From Candidatus Poribacteria bacterium (GTDB taxonomy: Bacteria; Poribacteria; WGA-4E; JAJDTR01), in the NCBI GenBank assembly GCA_965222225.1, contig CBDCTK010000002.1, positions 2,240,001 through 2,304,000 on the forward strand: 64,000 bases of DNA, read 5' to 3'. The notes beneath the pieces were generated by a model. The model did no database searches and had not been told where the DNA came from. It saw only the letters and a program-made list of their open reading frames with translations. Position 1 is the first letter of the stretch. Each line of letters begins with the position of its first letter. Position numbers and translations under genes: made by a program. This document shows, in pieces, positions 9,197 through 18,892 of this stretch.

Positions 9197-12100
9197 CTAG
9201 CTGCCGACCACAATCTCAATCTCCTCATCAGTCAAGCCGTAGAGTTGATAGACAATCTGATCAATAAGCGTGCCGGTATGCTCAATGCGGGTGAGCAAAG
9301 GATTGAGTTTGACGAGGCTGGAATTGAATTCGCGCTCCAACGATTCTTGGAAATTTCGGCTTGATAGATCGACTCGGATGAGCCGATGGTTTTTCTTCAG
9401 GATACCAAGCAGTTGGTCAGAGGACAGATTGAAGTAACTCTGAATTGCTGTCTTGTTCTGAAGCTTATCAATCTTGACCTCTAGTTCCCGTTCCAACCAG
9501 CGGTGAAAGTCCCGAATTTCCTCACCTTTCGCTTTGTTCATCTCAAGCATCTGCTCCGCAAGGAAAGCGAGCAGGTCGTGGACGATGTCGGCACGTTCGG
9601 GATTGGCGGCGAGATGGTGTTTTACGAAACCGAGAACACAGTCAGTGCTACCTTTGTTGAGGCAGAATTCGTAGAGCGTTTTGGCTTTTTCGAGTTGGCG
9701 GTCGCGTTCGTCGGGAGGGGTGGTGAAGTTAATGCGGCGGATGGGCAAGTATTTCAAATACTCACGATATTCGATGTATCCTCCCCGAATGGCAATAGCT
9801 TCAAACAGTAGCTTATAGTACCAATCAAGGCATCTCGAATTCAGCAGTGATGTCACATAGAGAAGTGTAAGGTTGAAATGCTCGTTAGGAATGAGTGCGT
9901 ATATTGTATTCAGAGGGTAGAAGTAACTTTCATTCAGTCCTAGATCCGGAACAGCTGTCAGTGACGGTGCAATCCGCTTGATGAGGATTTTCTCGGTTTC
10001 CAAGACCTCAAGTGATTTAGCATTATATAGCTCGTTAGGTAGGTAATGAAGCCATTCACCTTCCCAAGCGATAGTGTATTGTTCAATATTTTCTCCATCT
10101 AGCATCTTTCGACAGGCCATTTTGACATATTCAGGCGCTGAAGCATAATGCCCTTCATCCAGCACTAGTGCCAGCCTTTTTGCTTGGCTACCAATACGGA
10201 TACACTGCTCTATGTCAAACATATCGTTTAAACTGGATGACAATTCGTCAAACCTCTTAATCAAATGATATAACCCATCTGAAAGACGCAGACAAAACAC
10301 GTTTTCGGGTGTTAGGTTGAACCTTGACTGAGGTATTCGGGCAGTGATTACCAGTTCACTGTTCCTATCGCTGATTAACTCCGGTGCATCTGGTGGAACT
10401 CGCACAACGAGGATTTTGTGTTCTGCGGAAGGCGTCCCTTTTTTTATTATCGGAAGACACGGGTAAGTTGTGGGATCCGGAAACACACGACATTGAGAAA
10501 CATCCACAAACTGTTCGATCTGTGTTTGCCCTAACAAGAAATCCCGAAGTGTTTTGCCATTAGCATAAATTGCAAATTTAATCGGTTGGATAAAACCGAA
10601 CATTCCACTCTTTCGCAGCAAACAAAGTGCTTGCTCGGCAAAAGTGATGTAAAGATCAAAACGCCCAGTTGCTGTGGTGAACTGCCTCAACAGGTAATTA
10701 CGAAAGTCAGGCTCAATATTGGTAACACTCACATAAGGCGGATTCCCTACAACCGCATCAAACCCCGGATTATCCTTCTCCCGTCCGTACTTGTCACGAA
10801 ACACTTCGGGAAACTCAATCTCCCAATGGAAGAACCGTCTCTCTGTCGCTATCTCCTGTGCCTGTCGATAGCAGAGCAGGTTCTCAAGGGTGTCGGTGTC
10901 TTTGGAGCGGAGTGCGTTCAAAGCTTGATGATAGACGGCGCGGGACACATCGTTTCCGAAGTAAACGCTCGTCCAGAGATTCGCCACCCCCTTGTGAAAG
11001 CGGAGCATCGTCTGGGCAATGTCCAATTCGTGTTCTTTCGCGTGGATCTGGTCTGCGGTGCGGCTCTCCGTTTCCTCAATCAGCAGGTAGTGTCCGATGG
11101 CAATGGCAACGGTGTCGATGAAAGGGAAGGTCATCGCAAATTCCGTCTGGGTTTCGCTGGTTCTACGGCGGCTCTTCTTCAGTTGCGGCAGGTGCGACAG
11201 GTTCTCTATCTTCGCCCCGATTAGCGAATTGCCGTAACGGATGTGATGGTCGAGGAACGAGAGCGGTTCGCCCTTCGCTACCGTGTGCAACCAGAGTGAG
11301 AGTTTCGCCAACTCCACCGCCATCGGGTTGAGGTCAACGCCGTAAACGCACGACTCCACAACGCGCCGGCGCCAATAGGCGAGTTCCGTCTCCTCGCTCG
11401 CGGTTTCGGTCATGAACGGCGCATCCGGGTTCGTAATTAGTTCCTCGGCGAGATAATCGACGACGCCGACGAGAAAGTGACCACTACCCGTGGCGGGGTC
11501 GAGAACTTTGAGCGATAAAATCTCTTTAACGCTTTTGTCCTTACAGAGCGGCGCCAGCGAGTTTTCGACGATGTAGCGCACGATGTAATCGGGCGTGTAG
11601 TAGCTCCCCGTCGCCTTCCGCTCGCCTTTGTCGGTCAGCAGATAAACCTCTCCCTCCCGATAGGCGACTTTCTGATTGGAGGATGATTTTGGCGTGACCA
11701 CTTCACGTCTCTTTTTTGAAGCGATGACCAAATCTTGGTCGGCAATTTGAGGTTGATATTCAAGCAAGCCCTCGTAGATATTCCCCAGATGACGTACGTC
11801 AAGGTCACGGTACGTGATACGTTTACTCTCCTCGGTACGCGTCAGGAGTTCGATAACCTGCGCCAGAGCATCGTTGCCAAGTTCGTACTTTTCAAGAAAC
11901 GGGTGATGCTCCGGATTGAAAAGCCCTCCGTTGTACTGCGGGATGAGGTCGTTCCAACCATCGTTAATGAGCGTAAATAGACCGCGTAGCCGCGCCCAAT
12001 AATCGCTTATCGTCGGAATAATCAGGTTGCCTCGATCAAGCGTTTCGTGAGTCGTCTCCGCGAGCGCTGCAAGGCTGTAGCGGGCGGCGTAGTCAGGGTT

Positions 12101-13021
12101 TTCGACCGGCAGCAGCCCTCGACTCTCGGCGTAGAGGATAAACAGGAGGCGGTACAACAGAATCAGAGAGTTGGCATGAATCTCGTCGAGCGGTGAATTG
12201 GCTCTGTCAAAACCGTTGCGGGGGAAATCGAGAAAACCGCCGATGAGCAAGCGTAAGGCATCGTAGACACGATTCTTCAGGTCATCGGAAACGGCGATGG
12301 TGTGTTGCCGACTCTCCGTCAATACGAGGTCAAGGAACGATGTCCCGCTCGCATCGGGGGTGAAAGCGTCGCGCCGAAAGAGACAGTAGAAATAGCGAAA
12401 GCTATCCAAGTCTCGGTTTTCGCTGAGAAGCGCGGCGAGGTCTACCTCATAGAAACTGTCAAGCCTATAACTAGTCTGACGATGGTAAAGCCGCCACTGC
12501 CTGCCGTTGGTCAAGACGCCCCACAGTTTATCCGCGCTCCGGAGATAGAAGTCTATCTGGTAGTTTGGATTTTGGTTGTTGAACGGGTCGCCTCGGCCCT
12601 CCGCCTTCCGATCCAGATTGCGAGACCACGCCTTGGCGTCGCCGACAGCGAGGGCGGTATTGAAGAACCGGTTGGTGTTGATGTGAGGCTGCGCCGCCTC
12701 GTGTGCATCCTCCGAGCCGAAGAAGGCATAATCGGGGCGTTTGGCTCCCTGCGGCGTTTGGAGAGTCGGTTGCACCTCGAAAACATGCCCTAACTGTTCT
12801 AGCACCGGCTGGATGAGTTCGTGTTCAATTTGTGCCTCATTGCGGCTCGGCGCATTCGGGGCGACAGCGTCGAAAACGTCCTTGATTTCGGCGTAATCCG
12901 ATTTAATGTCGGGTGTATCTAACCACTGCGGCTGTTCAACGATGAGGGAGTCGAGGTAGTAGTCCGAAAAGAGCGAGTGATTTTTAAAGGCGTCGGGTAT
13001 TTTTTTGGGGTTGATAGACAT
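9197..13021 (-). CDS. Type IIG (Eco57I-like) fused restriction endonuclease / N6-adenine methyltransferase with TRD
   Basis: N-terminal PD...DAK nuclease and LTNGRQWRLY; GSYYTP, DPATGSGHFL, NPPY; TaqI-C-like TRD (EKILIKRI...LLNSR). Confidence 0.9.
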   Translation of the reverse strand: MSINPKKIPDAFKNHSLFSDYYLDSLIVEQPQWLDTPDIKSDYAEIKDVFDAVAPNAPSRNEAQIEHELIQPVLEQLGHVFEVQPTLQTPQGAKRPDYAFFGSEDAHEAAQPHINTNRFFNTALAVGDAKAWSRNLDRKAEGRGDPFNNQNPNYQIDFYLRSADKLWGVLTNGRQWRLYHRQTSYRLDSFYEVDLAALLSENRDLDSFRYFYCLFRRDAFTPDASGTSFLDLVLTESRQHTIAVSDDLKNRVYDALRLLIGGFLDFPRNGFDRANSPLDEIHANSLILLYRLLFILYAESRGLLPVENPDYAARYSLAALAETTHETLDRGNLIIPTISDYWARLRGLFTLINDGWNDLIPQYNGGLFNPEHHPFLEKYELGNDALAQVIELLTRTEESKRITYRDLDVRHLGNIYEGLLEYQPQIADQDLVIASKKRREVVTPKSSSNQKVAYREGEVYLLTDKGERKATGSYYTPDYIVRYIVENSLAPLCKDKSVKEILSLKVLDPATGSGHFLVGVVDYLAEELITNPDAPFMTETASEETELAYWRRRVVESCVYGVDLNPMAVELAKLSLWLHTVAKGEPLSFLDHHIRYGNSLIGAKIENLSHLPQLKKSRRRTSETQTEFAMTFPFIDTVAIAIGHYLLIEETESRTADQIHAKEHELDIAQTMLRFHKGVANLWTSVYFGNDVSRAVYHQALNALRSKDTDTLENLLCYRQAQEIATERRFFHWEIEFPEVFRDKYGREKDNPGFDAVVGNPPYVSVTNIEPDFRNYLLRQFTTATGRFDLYITFAEQALCLLRKSGMFGFIQPIKFAIYANGKTLRDFLLGQTQIEQFVDVSQCRVFPDPTTYPCLPIIKKGTPSAEHKILVVRVPPDAPELISDRNSELVITARIPQSRFNLTPENVFCLRLSDGLYHLIKRFDELSSSLNDMFDIEQCIRIGSQAKRLALVLDEGHYASAPEYVKMACRKMLDGENIEQYTIAWEGEWLHYLPNELYNAKSLEVLETEKILIKRIAPSLTAVPDLGLNESYFYPLNTIYALIPNEHFNLTLLYVTSLLNSRCLDWYYKLLFEAIAIRGGYIEYREYLKYLPIRRINFTTPPDERDRQLEKAKTLYEFCLNKGSTDCVLGFVKHHLAANPERADIVHDLLAFLAEQMLEMNKAKGEEIRDFHRWLERELEVKIDKLQNKTAIQSYFNLSSDQLLGILKKNHRLIRVDLSSRNFQESLEREFNSSLVKLNPLLTRIEHTGTLIDQIVYQLYGLTDEEIEIVVGS

Positions 13022-13174
13022 TGATGTAGCCGGTCTTTGCTATAGACTCTTCGCCTTAGACGGACAGCAGTTGTTTGGTTCGTGATAACAATCCGCGATC
13101 GTCAAATCACCGAGAAGTTCTCCACCACGAAACCTTGGGGGTTCAATCGCGTAAGCCCTAACGCAGATTCTGGG

Positions 13175-13360
13175 TTAGTCCTTGTCGTTAAACCGGCTAA
13201 AGACAGCGATCAAAGGGAAACCCGCACAGATTATCAGTGCCCCGAGGGATACCACGCTTGCGTTCGCGCTGAGTAGACCTGATGCGATACCGAGGAGAAA
13301 AGCGGAAATAACGATAGTAATAGTGATATTCCAACGCATCTTGAACGTCTCCCATAGCAT
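13175..13360 (-). CDS. Small 2-TM hypothetical protein
   Basis: 61 aa with two hydrophobic stretches; no clear RBS. Confidence 0.35.
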   Translation of the reverse strand: MLWETFKMRWNITITIVISAFLLGIASGLLSANASVVSLGALIICAGFPLIAVFSRFNDKD

Positions 13361-13565
13361 ATCAATGTAGTATTTGTAGGAGTGAGAAAGTTAACGCTCA
13401 ACCGCGTTGCATCGTTTCATTTCCCATGGTTCAACTCTCTTGTTTGGGCTACGAGGCGTGGATTAGGATGCACCTTATCCGGTTTGTCGGAAATAGATCG
13501 CCCGTATTGACCCGCAGGGGCTTTAATAAGGAAAGAAACTCAGTTTCGGTGCGAGACGATATAGG

Positions 13566-13594
13566 TTGAATTTCGGCGGTGAAGGTGTTATAGT
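13566..13594 (+). promoter_or_regulatory. Sigma70-type promoter
   Basis: TTGAAT-17 nt-TATAGT with extended TGn, upstream of the ORF at 13631. Confidence 0.55.
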
Positions 13595-13630
13595 GTATTT
13601 ACCCTTGAGCCGAAAGGGGAAACTGGGACG

Positions 13631-13972
13631 ATGGAAGAATGGGTGAAAATTATCGCCCCCATGGTCGCGCCGCTAGTCGCGATTGCCGCACTCTGGTGGA
13701 AAATCACAACCTCGGTAGCAACAAAGGAGGATGTGAACAGGATTGCTGAGTACCTCCAAAAGCAGATAAATCAGTCGGTTGAATTAACGCTTGATTTGAC
13801 TCGAGATATTAGAGAGAACATGCGGCAGATGCGGTCTGAGATGAAGACGTTTCGTGCGGACATTAGCAAGCTCAATGATAAAATCGATACTAATTCCCAA
13901 ACCTTGCATACCAAAATAGACAGCCTAGCGAACGAGTTGCGCACGGAAATTAGAGAGTGGACGCGGTGTTGA
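13631..13972 (+). CDS. Membrane-anchored coiled-coil protein (DUF1640/CCDC90-like)
   Basis: N-terminal TM, VATKEDV motif, heptad coiled coil. Confidence 0.6.
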   Translation: MEEWVKIIAPMVAPLVAIAALWWKITTSVATKEDVNRIAEYLQKQINQSVELTLDLTRDIRENMRQMRSEMKTFRADISKLNDKIDTNSQTLHTKIDSLANELRTEIREWTRC

Positions 13973-13999
13973 TAGTTGAATGGGCGCTTTATGCTACGG

Positions 14000-14128
14000 G
14001 TCGCGATTCGGAGAAGATTCCTATCGATCAAAGAAGCGGATAGATCAACTGACCGGATAGGGAGGGCGATAGAGATCCCAATGCGATAGAAAATCCTACT
14101 CGCTATTCGCTCGCTTGATCGCTCCTAC
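14000..14128. repeat. REP (GTAGGAGCGAT..CTCCGAATCGCGAC, minus strand) containing three nested 37-nt elements
   Basis: Outer unit on minus (14014-14025 + 14098-14120), middle on plus (14026-14042 + 14080-14097), inner on plus (14043-14079). Confidence 0.85.
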
Positions 14129-14169
14129 GGAGAGGGTATTCCAAATTCAGATTATTGGAGGATGCGTCA

Positions 14170-15006
14170 ATGCCGAAAGTATTGACTGAAGACGCCATCG
14201 GACAATACCATCGGGAGGGTTACTTCTTCCCAGTCAGAATCTTGGACGATGAGCAGGTTGCAGCCAATCGGAGGCGACTAGAGGAATTTGAATCGCGTCA
14301 GGGAAAACCCGTTGAGGGCGCGCAGCGGAGCAAATCTCATCTCCTATTCAAATGGGTTGATGACCTGATGCGGGACTCAACGTTGCTGGATGCCGTCGAA
14401 GACTTGATTGGTAGGGATATCCTGTGCTGGAACACGATATTCTGGATTAAGGAGGCGGGAAGTCAAAGTTTCGTCTCTTGGCATCAGGACCTGCACTACT
14501 GGGGGCTTGATACCAACGACTTGGTCAGCGTATGGTTAGCGCTTTCGCCGGCGACGCTTGAGAGCGGATGTATGCGCGTTTTGCCGGACAGTCACAAGGG
14601 GGATTTGCTGCCTCACAACGACGAATACCAGCAGGACAACCTCTTGACCCGCGGGCAGGAAATTGCGGTGAAGGTTGATGAGACGAAGACTGTCGCTATG
14701 CCGCTAGAACCCGGCGAGATTTCCTTGCACAATGTGCGCTTGGCACACGCCTCCGGTCCCAACTGTTCCAACGACCGTCGCATCGGTATTTCATTGCACT
14801 ACATGCCCACCCACACGAAACAGACGGTTGGAGAATGGGATACGGCGGCGCTCGTCCGCGGCGAGGATCGATTCGGTCACTTCACCATTACGCCGCGTCC
14901 AGCCAAGGACTTCGATCCCTCAGCGGTGTTGTTTCACGAGAAGGCGACCAACGCCACTCGCAAGATTTTGTATAAAGACGCCCAAGAGGATCGGCACACG
15001 ATATAA
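14170..15006 (+). CDS. PhyH-family Fe(II)/2-oxoglutarate dioxygenase
   Basis: WHQD (HxD), ESGCMRVLPDSH, LAHASGPN, RR; GGAGG RBS. Confidence 0.9.
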   Translation: MPKVLTEDAIGQYHREGYFFPVRILDDEQVAANRRRLEEFESRQGKPVEGAQRSKSHLLFKWVDDLMRDSTLLDAVEDLIGRDILCWNTIFWIKEAGSQSFVSWHQDLHYWGLDTNDLVSVWLALSPATLESGCMRVLPDSHKGDLLPHNDEYQQDNLLTRGQEIAVKVDETKTVAMPLEPGEISLHNVRLAHASGPNCSNDRRIGISLHYMPTHTKQTVGEWDTAALVRGEDRFGHFTITPRPAKDFDPSAVLFHEKATNATRKILYKDAQEDRHTI

Positions 15007-15092
15007 CCGAGCCGCAGGTTGTTGGCAGACAATACGCCACAGTTCGGAAACCGCTAGTGCTTCGTGGTAGTAGCTTGGAGTTTGGTTTCGCT

Positions 15093-15172
15093 GGGATCTC
15101 TATTGCACTAACGCTTCTATCGCATTCGCTACTCGCTCATTTGATTCTATTCAGTCGTTCAACCCAACCTAC
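15093..15172 (-). repeat. Nested 37-nt elements in a GTAGGTTGGGTT-type REP
   Basis: Reverse complement: GTAGGTTG-GGTTGAACGACTGAATAG-AATCAAATGAGCGAGTAGCGAATGCGATAGAAGCGTT-AGTGCAATAGAGATCCC. Confidence 0.7.
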
Positions 15173-15203
15173 AGGTTAAAATCAGGAACGGCTAGAATTT
15201 ACC

Positions 15204-16430
15204 TCATCCATTCCAACTTTGGATAAAGTCCTCTACCTCAAATCCCCCTGGCATCTCCGTCAATTGATACCTCATCACTCTTTCCCTTCTATCGACGACG
15301 CACCGCTCAATCTCAGCTTCTATTTTCTCAAACAGGATTGAAAAACGCTCCCGGAGCTGATTCGCTTCCTCCTCGGAAAAACGCTGAGCAAAATCCTTAA
15401 TCGCGTGGAAACCGATCCGGTGCTCCCCTGTCGCAACAATCTGTTCCTCCAGTGAAAGATTGACGTTCTCCCGAGACTTCAACGTGCGCAGCTTGTCAAC
15501 CCACTTCGATAGGAACACGACGCACACCATCCGCCCTTCATCCCCCGGATGCAACGTTTCTAGTCCATTCATGAAAGCCGCTCTATCCCCCTTCAGGACG
15601 GCGCGAAGGGTAGACTCCACCACATCGCACTGTTCTTGGTACAACCGAGTGAACTCTCCAAACCGGTCGCGTATTCTTCGCGGGAGAGAATTGGTGAATT
15701 CCAATTCCCAGCCATGTGCATTAACAACCGGGAATACCGGACCGCCCAGAGCGCGATAGCCGAGATGAACCGTGCGCCGCAACTTCGTACTGTAGTTGCT
15801 GCCCCAGTGCAACATGAAGTGGGTATAGACAATCCCATCCCCCGCTTTAAGCTCGATTGGCGTGCCTCCCGGCATCGGCTGCTGCGGGTTCGTTAGCAGG
15901 TGTTGGTGTTCCTCCTCGGTATTTGGGCGGGAGTGGCTCCCTGGAACCACCCAGAATACACTGTCATCGTACAGCGGGATATTCCACTGAACATAACCGG
16001 GCGCGTTAGCCAGCATATCCATTTGCATACCGTTCAAGGGTGCTTGCGCAACGGGATTAACATCACGATGCCAACTGGCAGGCCCATGGTCTCGCGGGGG
16101 ACTGCACATCAGCGCCATCAATGTGACTGCGGCGTCTGACGAACGCATCAGTTGTTGGCTCACGCCTAGTGTGTTCTCATGCAGGCAAAACTCCACCGTG
16201 TCCGCGGTCTTTTCGTTAACGACCTCGTTGAAAAATACCCTCGGTTGGGCGGCAGTTTCCCAAGTCCCGCCCGGCGGGTCGTCCGGTTCGCGCTCACGCC
16301 GCCACACCGCCTTCTGTCGATCGACGAGGACTTCAAAACTCGTCCGGAGCGCATCCAATTGATCTGGCGGGATGACCTGCGGCAGTATGATGAAACCGTC
16401 ATCCAATAATTGCTGTGGGTTGACTTTCAT
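15204..16430 (-). CDS. PhyH-family dioxygenase with C-terminal helical extension
   Basis: WHRD, WVVPGSH, MLHWG, RRT; start placed at MKVNPQQ. Confidence 0.8.
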   Translation of the reverse strand: MKVNPQQLLDDGFIILPQVIPPDQLDALRTSFEVLVDRQKAVWRREREPDDPPGGTWETAAQPRVFFNEVVNEKTADTVEFCLHENTLGVSQQLMRSSDAAVTLMALMCSPPRDHGPASWHRDVNPVAQAPLNGMQMDMLANAPGYVQWNIPLYDDSVFWVVPGSHSRPNTEEEHQHLLTNPQQPMPGGTPIELKAGDGIVYTHFMLHWGSNYSTKLRRTVHLGYRALGGPVFPVVNAHGWELEFTNSLPRRIRDRFGEFTRLYQEQCDVVESTLRAVLKGDRAAFMNGLETLHPGDEGRMVCVVFLSKWVDKLRTLKSRENVNLSLEEQIVATGEHRIGFHAIKDFAQRFSEEEANQLRERFSILFEKIEAEIERCVVDRRERVMRYQLTEMPGGFEVEDFIQSWNG

Positions 16431-16472
16431 AGTTGTAAACCTTGAAGAGGTCTTCGGTGTTTGTGCTGCCAA

Positions 16473-16650
16473 TTTGTACCATTTCGCTTGAATACTATTG
16501 CCTACGATGTTTATCAATTATACTGTTATGAGATGACCGATACTAACCATTAACCCGTACGCCAAACCCGTTGGCGGGGCATCTTGCCCCGCATTAGTAA
16601 GACTTGATTAACGCTAATAATGCACTTCAAATATAGAGAAATGGCATTAC
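16473..16650 (+). mobile_element. MITE-like element with about 13-bp terminal inverted repeats and an uninterrupted central hairpin GCGGGGCATCTTGCCCCGC
   Basis: Left end TTTGTACCATTTCGCTTGAA, right end GAAATGGCATTAC; related copies at 18514-18731, 63850->64000, 1533-1600 (half) and 50013-50062 (end). Confidence 0.65.
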
Positions 16651-16693
16651 TTCCGATTCGATGCTCTGAACGTAACCTGAGGAAACGTCTCGC

Positions 16694-17536
16694 TCATGAC
16701 AGTCCCCAGATGTTTGCTGCTGTGCCCCCCAATATCAAATCTCGATCAGCACCCGTCAAGAACGGCAAGCCTTCTCGGATGAGCCTGAGTTCTTCACTCA
16801 ATGGGAGCCAATTGTGCTTGATGCGGTGATGACCGGGATACCCGGTGCCCCAGATTGCCCGTTCCGCGCCAAAAACGTTGAGTAGAGCCTTGATAAACGG
16901 ATGCACATCTTCAAACGGAAACGTCTCGCTAGATCGCCCCGCTATGTCCGATATCTTCACATATACATTCTCGTGCCGGGCGAGGGCTAGAATTGGCTCA
17001 AATGCCGACAAACCGCCTGATACCTCCGGATAGCCCATATGGTCGAGAATCAGTTTCAGGCGGGGATATTGTCGAGCAATGCACTCCACCTGATCGGCGT
17101 AGGCGGCATCAAGATGGAATTGAATCACCGCCTCACAGACAGCAAGCTCCTCCCACATGGCGCGATTCTGATCTGTGAGGAGAATCTTCTCGTCGGGATA
17201 GTAGAGCGGGTGGAACCGGAACCCGGCAAGGTTACGCTCATTAACCCAGTACCGGACGAGCTCGGCATTGTCCGCAGCCTGCGGATCAATCAGTCCATGC
17301 CCAACGAACCGGTCCGGTAAACGTGAGACAGAATCCGCAATGTAGCCGTTGTCCCATGTGGACCAGCTAGTCTGCACCAACACACACCAATCGACGCCAT
17401 GCGCATCCATTTCGGCTAGGAGTTCATCAGCGGTGCCCGGCTCGTCCGGATTTGAATTCCAGGTGGGCGCCGTCGGTCCGATTGGATATTTGGGCGGGTC
17501 AATCTCCCAGACGTGGACGTGCGTGTCAACAATCAT
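16694..17536 (-). CDS. Amidohydrolase_2 family protein
   Basis: DTHVH, LILDHMG, VYVKIS, WGTGYP. Confidence 0.9.
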   Translation of the reverse strand: MIVDTHVHVWEIDPPKYPIGPTAPTWNSNPDEPGTADELLAEMDAHGVDWCVLVQTSWSTWDNGYIADSVSRLPDRFVGHGLIDPQAADNAELVRYWVNERNLAGFRFHPLYYPDEKILLTDQNRAMWEELAVCEAVIQFHLDAAYADQVECIARQYPRLKLILDHMGYPEVSGGLSAFEPILALARHENVYVKISDIAGRSSETFPFEDVHPFIKALLNVFGAERAIWGTGYPGHHRIKHNWLPLSEELRLIREGLPFLTGADRDLILGGTAANIWGLS

Positions 17537-17569
17537 AAGCGATTTTCAAAGTCAAGGATGTGCGAAGGA

Positions 17570-18484
17570 CTATCTTTTCACGCCCGCCTTTGCTCCCTTT
17601 GAGCGCAGGTATCCGATCGTTTCTTTTCGGGCGCGATCTACGGCAAAATCGAGAGGCGTCCAGCCCAAATCTGTTTTGGCATTGATCCCCGCCCCTGCTT
17701 CTAGCAAGAGGTCGGCTTGTTCGATGAAGCCCGCCCATTCGGCGAGCGTGTGCATGGGGGTCCAATTTCCAGAGGCTTCACCTTGAGCGTTCACATCGGC
17801 GCCATGCTGTATGAGCAATTCGGTAATCCGAATGAAATTAGCTTTGGATCCTCGCCGCGGGCGCACAACCCAATGGAGCGGCGCCAATCCTTCGACATCC
17901 GTGGCAGTCGCACAAGACGGATTGTCTTCTAGCAAGTCCTGCACAACCCCCAACATTCCGAAGTGCGACGCAGTCAAGATGTCGATTTCTGCACCTTTCG
18001 CCAGCAGATAATCCATAACAGCCTCGGCTTCCTCGCTAGCGCCGTAGATAAGTGATGCGCACTGTAGCGGCGTGTAATCGCGGTAATCACGGGCATTGAT
18101 TAGATCGGGGGTTTCTTTGAGCATGTGTCGAACCACGTCCAGCAACCCCGCTCTAGCTGCCGTGAAGATGTCATATTCGGCGCCGTTGTCAGCCAGATAC
18201 TGTACGATTTTCCGATGTTGCGGGCGATGCCAAACCACCCTCTCTGCCGCAATCTGAATCAAGCTGCGCGCATCATTGTGTATCCGCGCATTGATGAGTC
18301 GACGGTCTCCTTCAATGAGAGTTTTTACCGTCGAAAACTCCCCTTTTCGGACAGCGTCGATTACCGCGTCCACTTGAGTTCCATAGTCATTTCTCTGTGC
18401 GTTTGAGGGTGAGATGGCGGCGTATAACATACCACCAAGCATGAGTGCCGCGCCAAGGATCGTGTACGTGACTTTCTGTCTCAT
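17570..18484 (-). CDS. Secreted ankyrin-repeat protein
   Basis: N-terminal signal/TM; TPLQCA, APLHW, TPMH, TPLDFA and GADVNA repeats. Confidence 0.9.
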   Translation of the reverse strand: MRQKVTYTILGAALMLGGMLYAAISPSNAQRNDYGTQVDAVIDAVRKGEFSTVKTLIEGDRRLINARIHNDARSLIQIAAERVVWHRPQHRKIVQYLADNGAEYDIFTAARAGLLDVVRHMLKETPDLINARDYRDYTPLQCASLIYGASEEAEAVMDYLLAKGAEIDILTASHFGMLGVVQDLLEDNPSCATATDVEGLAPLHWVVRPRRGSKANFIRITELLIQHGADVNAQGEASGNWTPMHTLAEWAGFIEQADLLLEAGAGINAKTDLGWTPLDFAVDRARKETIGYLRSKGAKAGVKR

Positions 18485-18513
18485 ATTCCGTCATATTCCG
18501 GTGAATCTCAATC

Positions 18514-18731
18514 CTAATCCCATTTCGCTTGAACAACATTGCGTATGATGTCTAATTATAACATTCTCTTCCTATGTAGGCGGCGGCCAAACGAGTGAAT
18601 AGCCAGTGCGATAGAGGTCCCCTTGCCCCACCGACTTTGCGTAGCGACAAGGCATCTTACTCCGCTCCACACATGTTTCTTTACTTGATTCACGCAATCA
18701 ATGCATTATCATTTTGGAGAAATGGCATTAG
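18514..18731 (+). mobile_element. MITE-like element with a 37-nt element (18585-18621) in its central hairpin
   Basis: TIRs CTAATCCCATTTC and GAAATGGCATTAG match at 12/13; no target duplication evident. Confidence 0.65.
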
Positions 18732-18892
18732 CAGTGGTTGGTGGAGCACAATGAATTGTGTTACTACACTATGCGGGGGTTTTGTGAGACAAGTGTCAGA
18801 GCGCTCCCACATACCCTTGTAATCTAGGGGCACGGTCGTCCCTATCCGCCTACTACACGTACAGGTCGCGACGCTTTCATTGGATTGTGCCC

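Noticed and set aside
14000-14128. Integron attC sites
   Set aside because: No RYYYAAC/GTTRRRY boxes, no cassette array and no integrase
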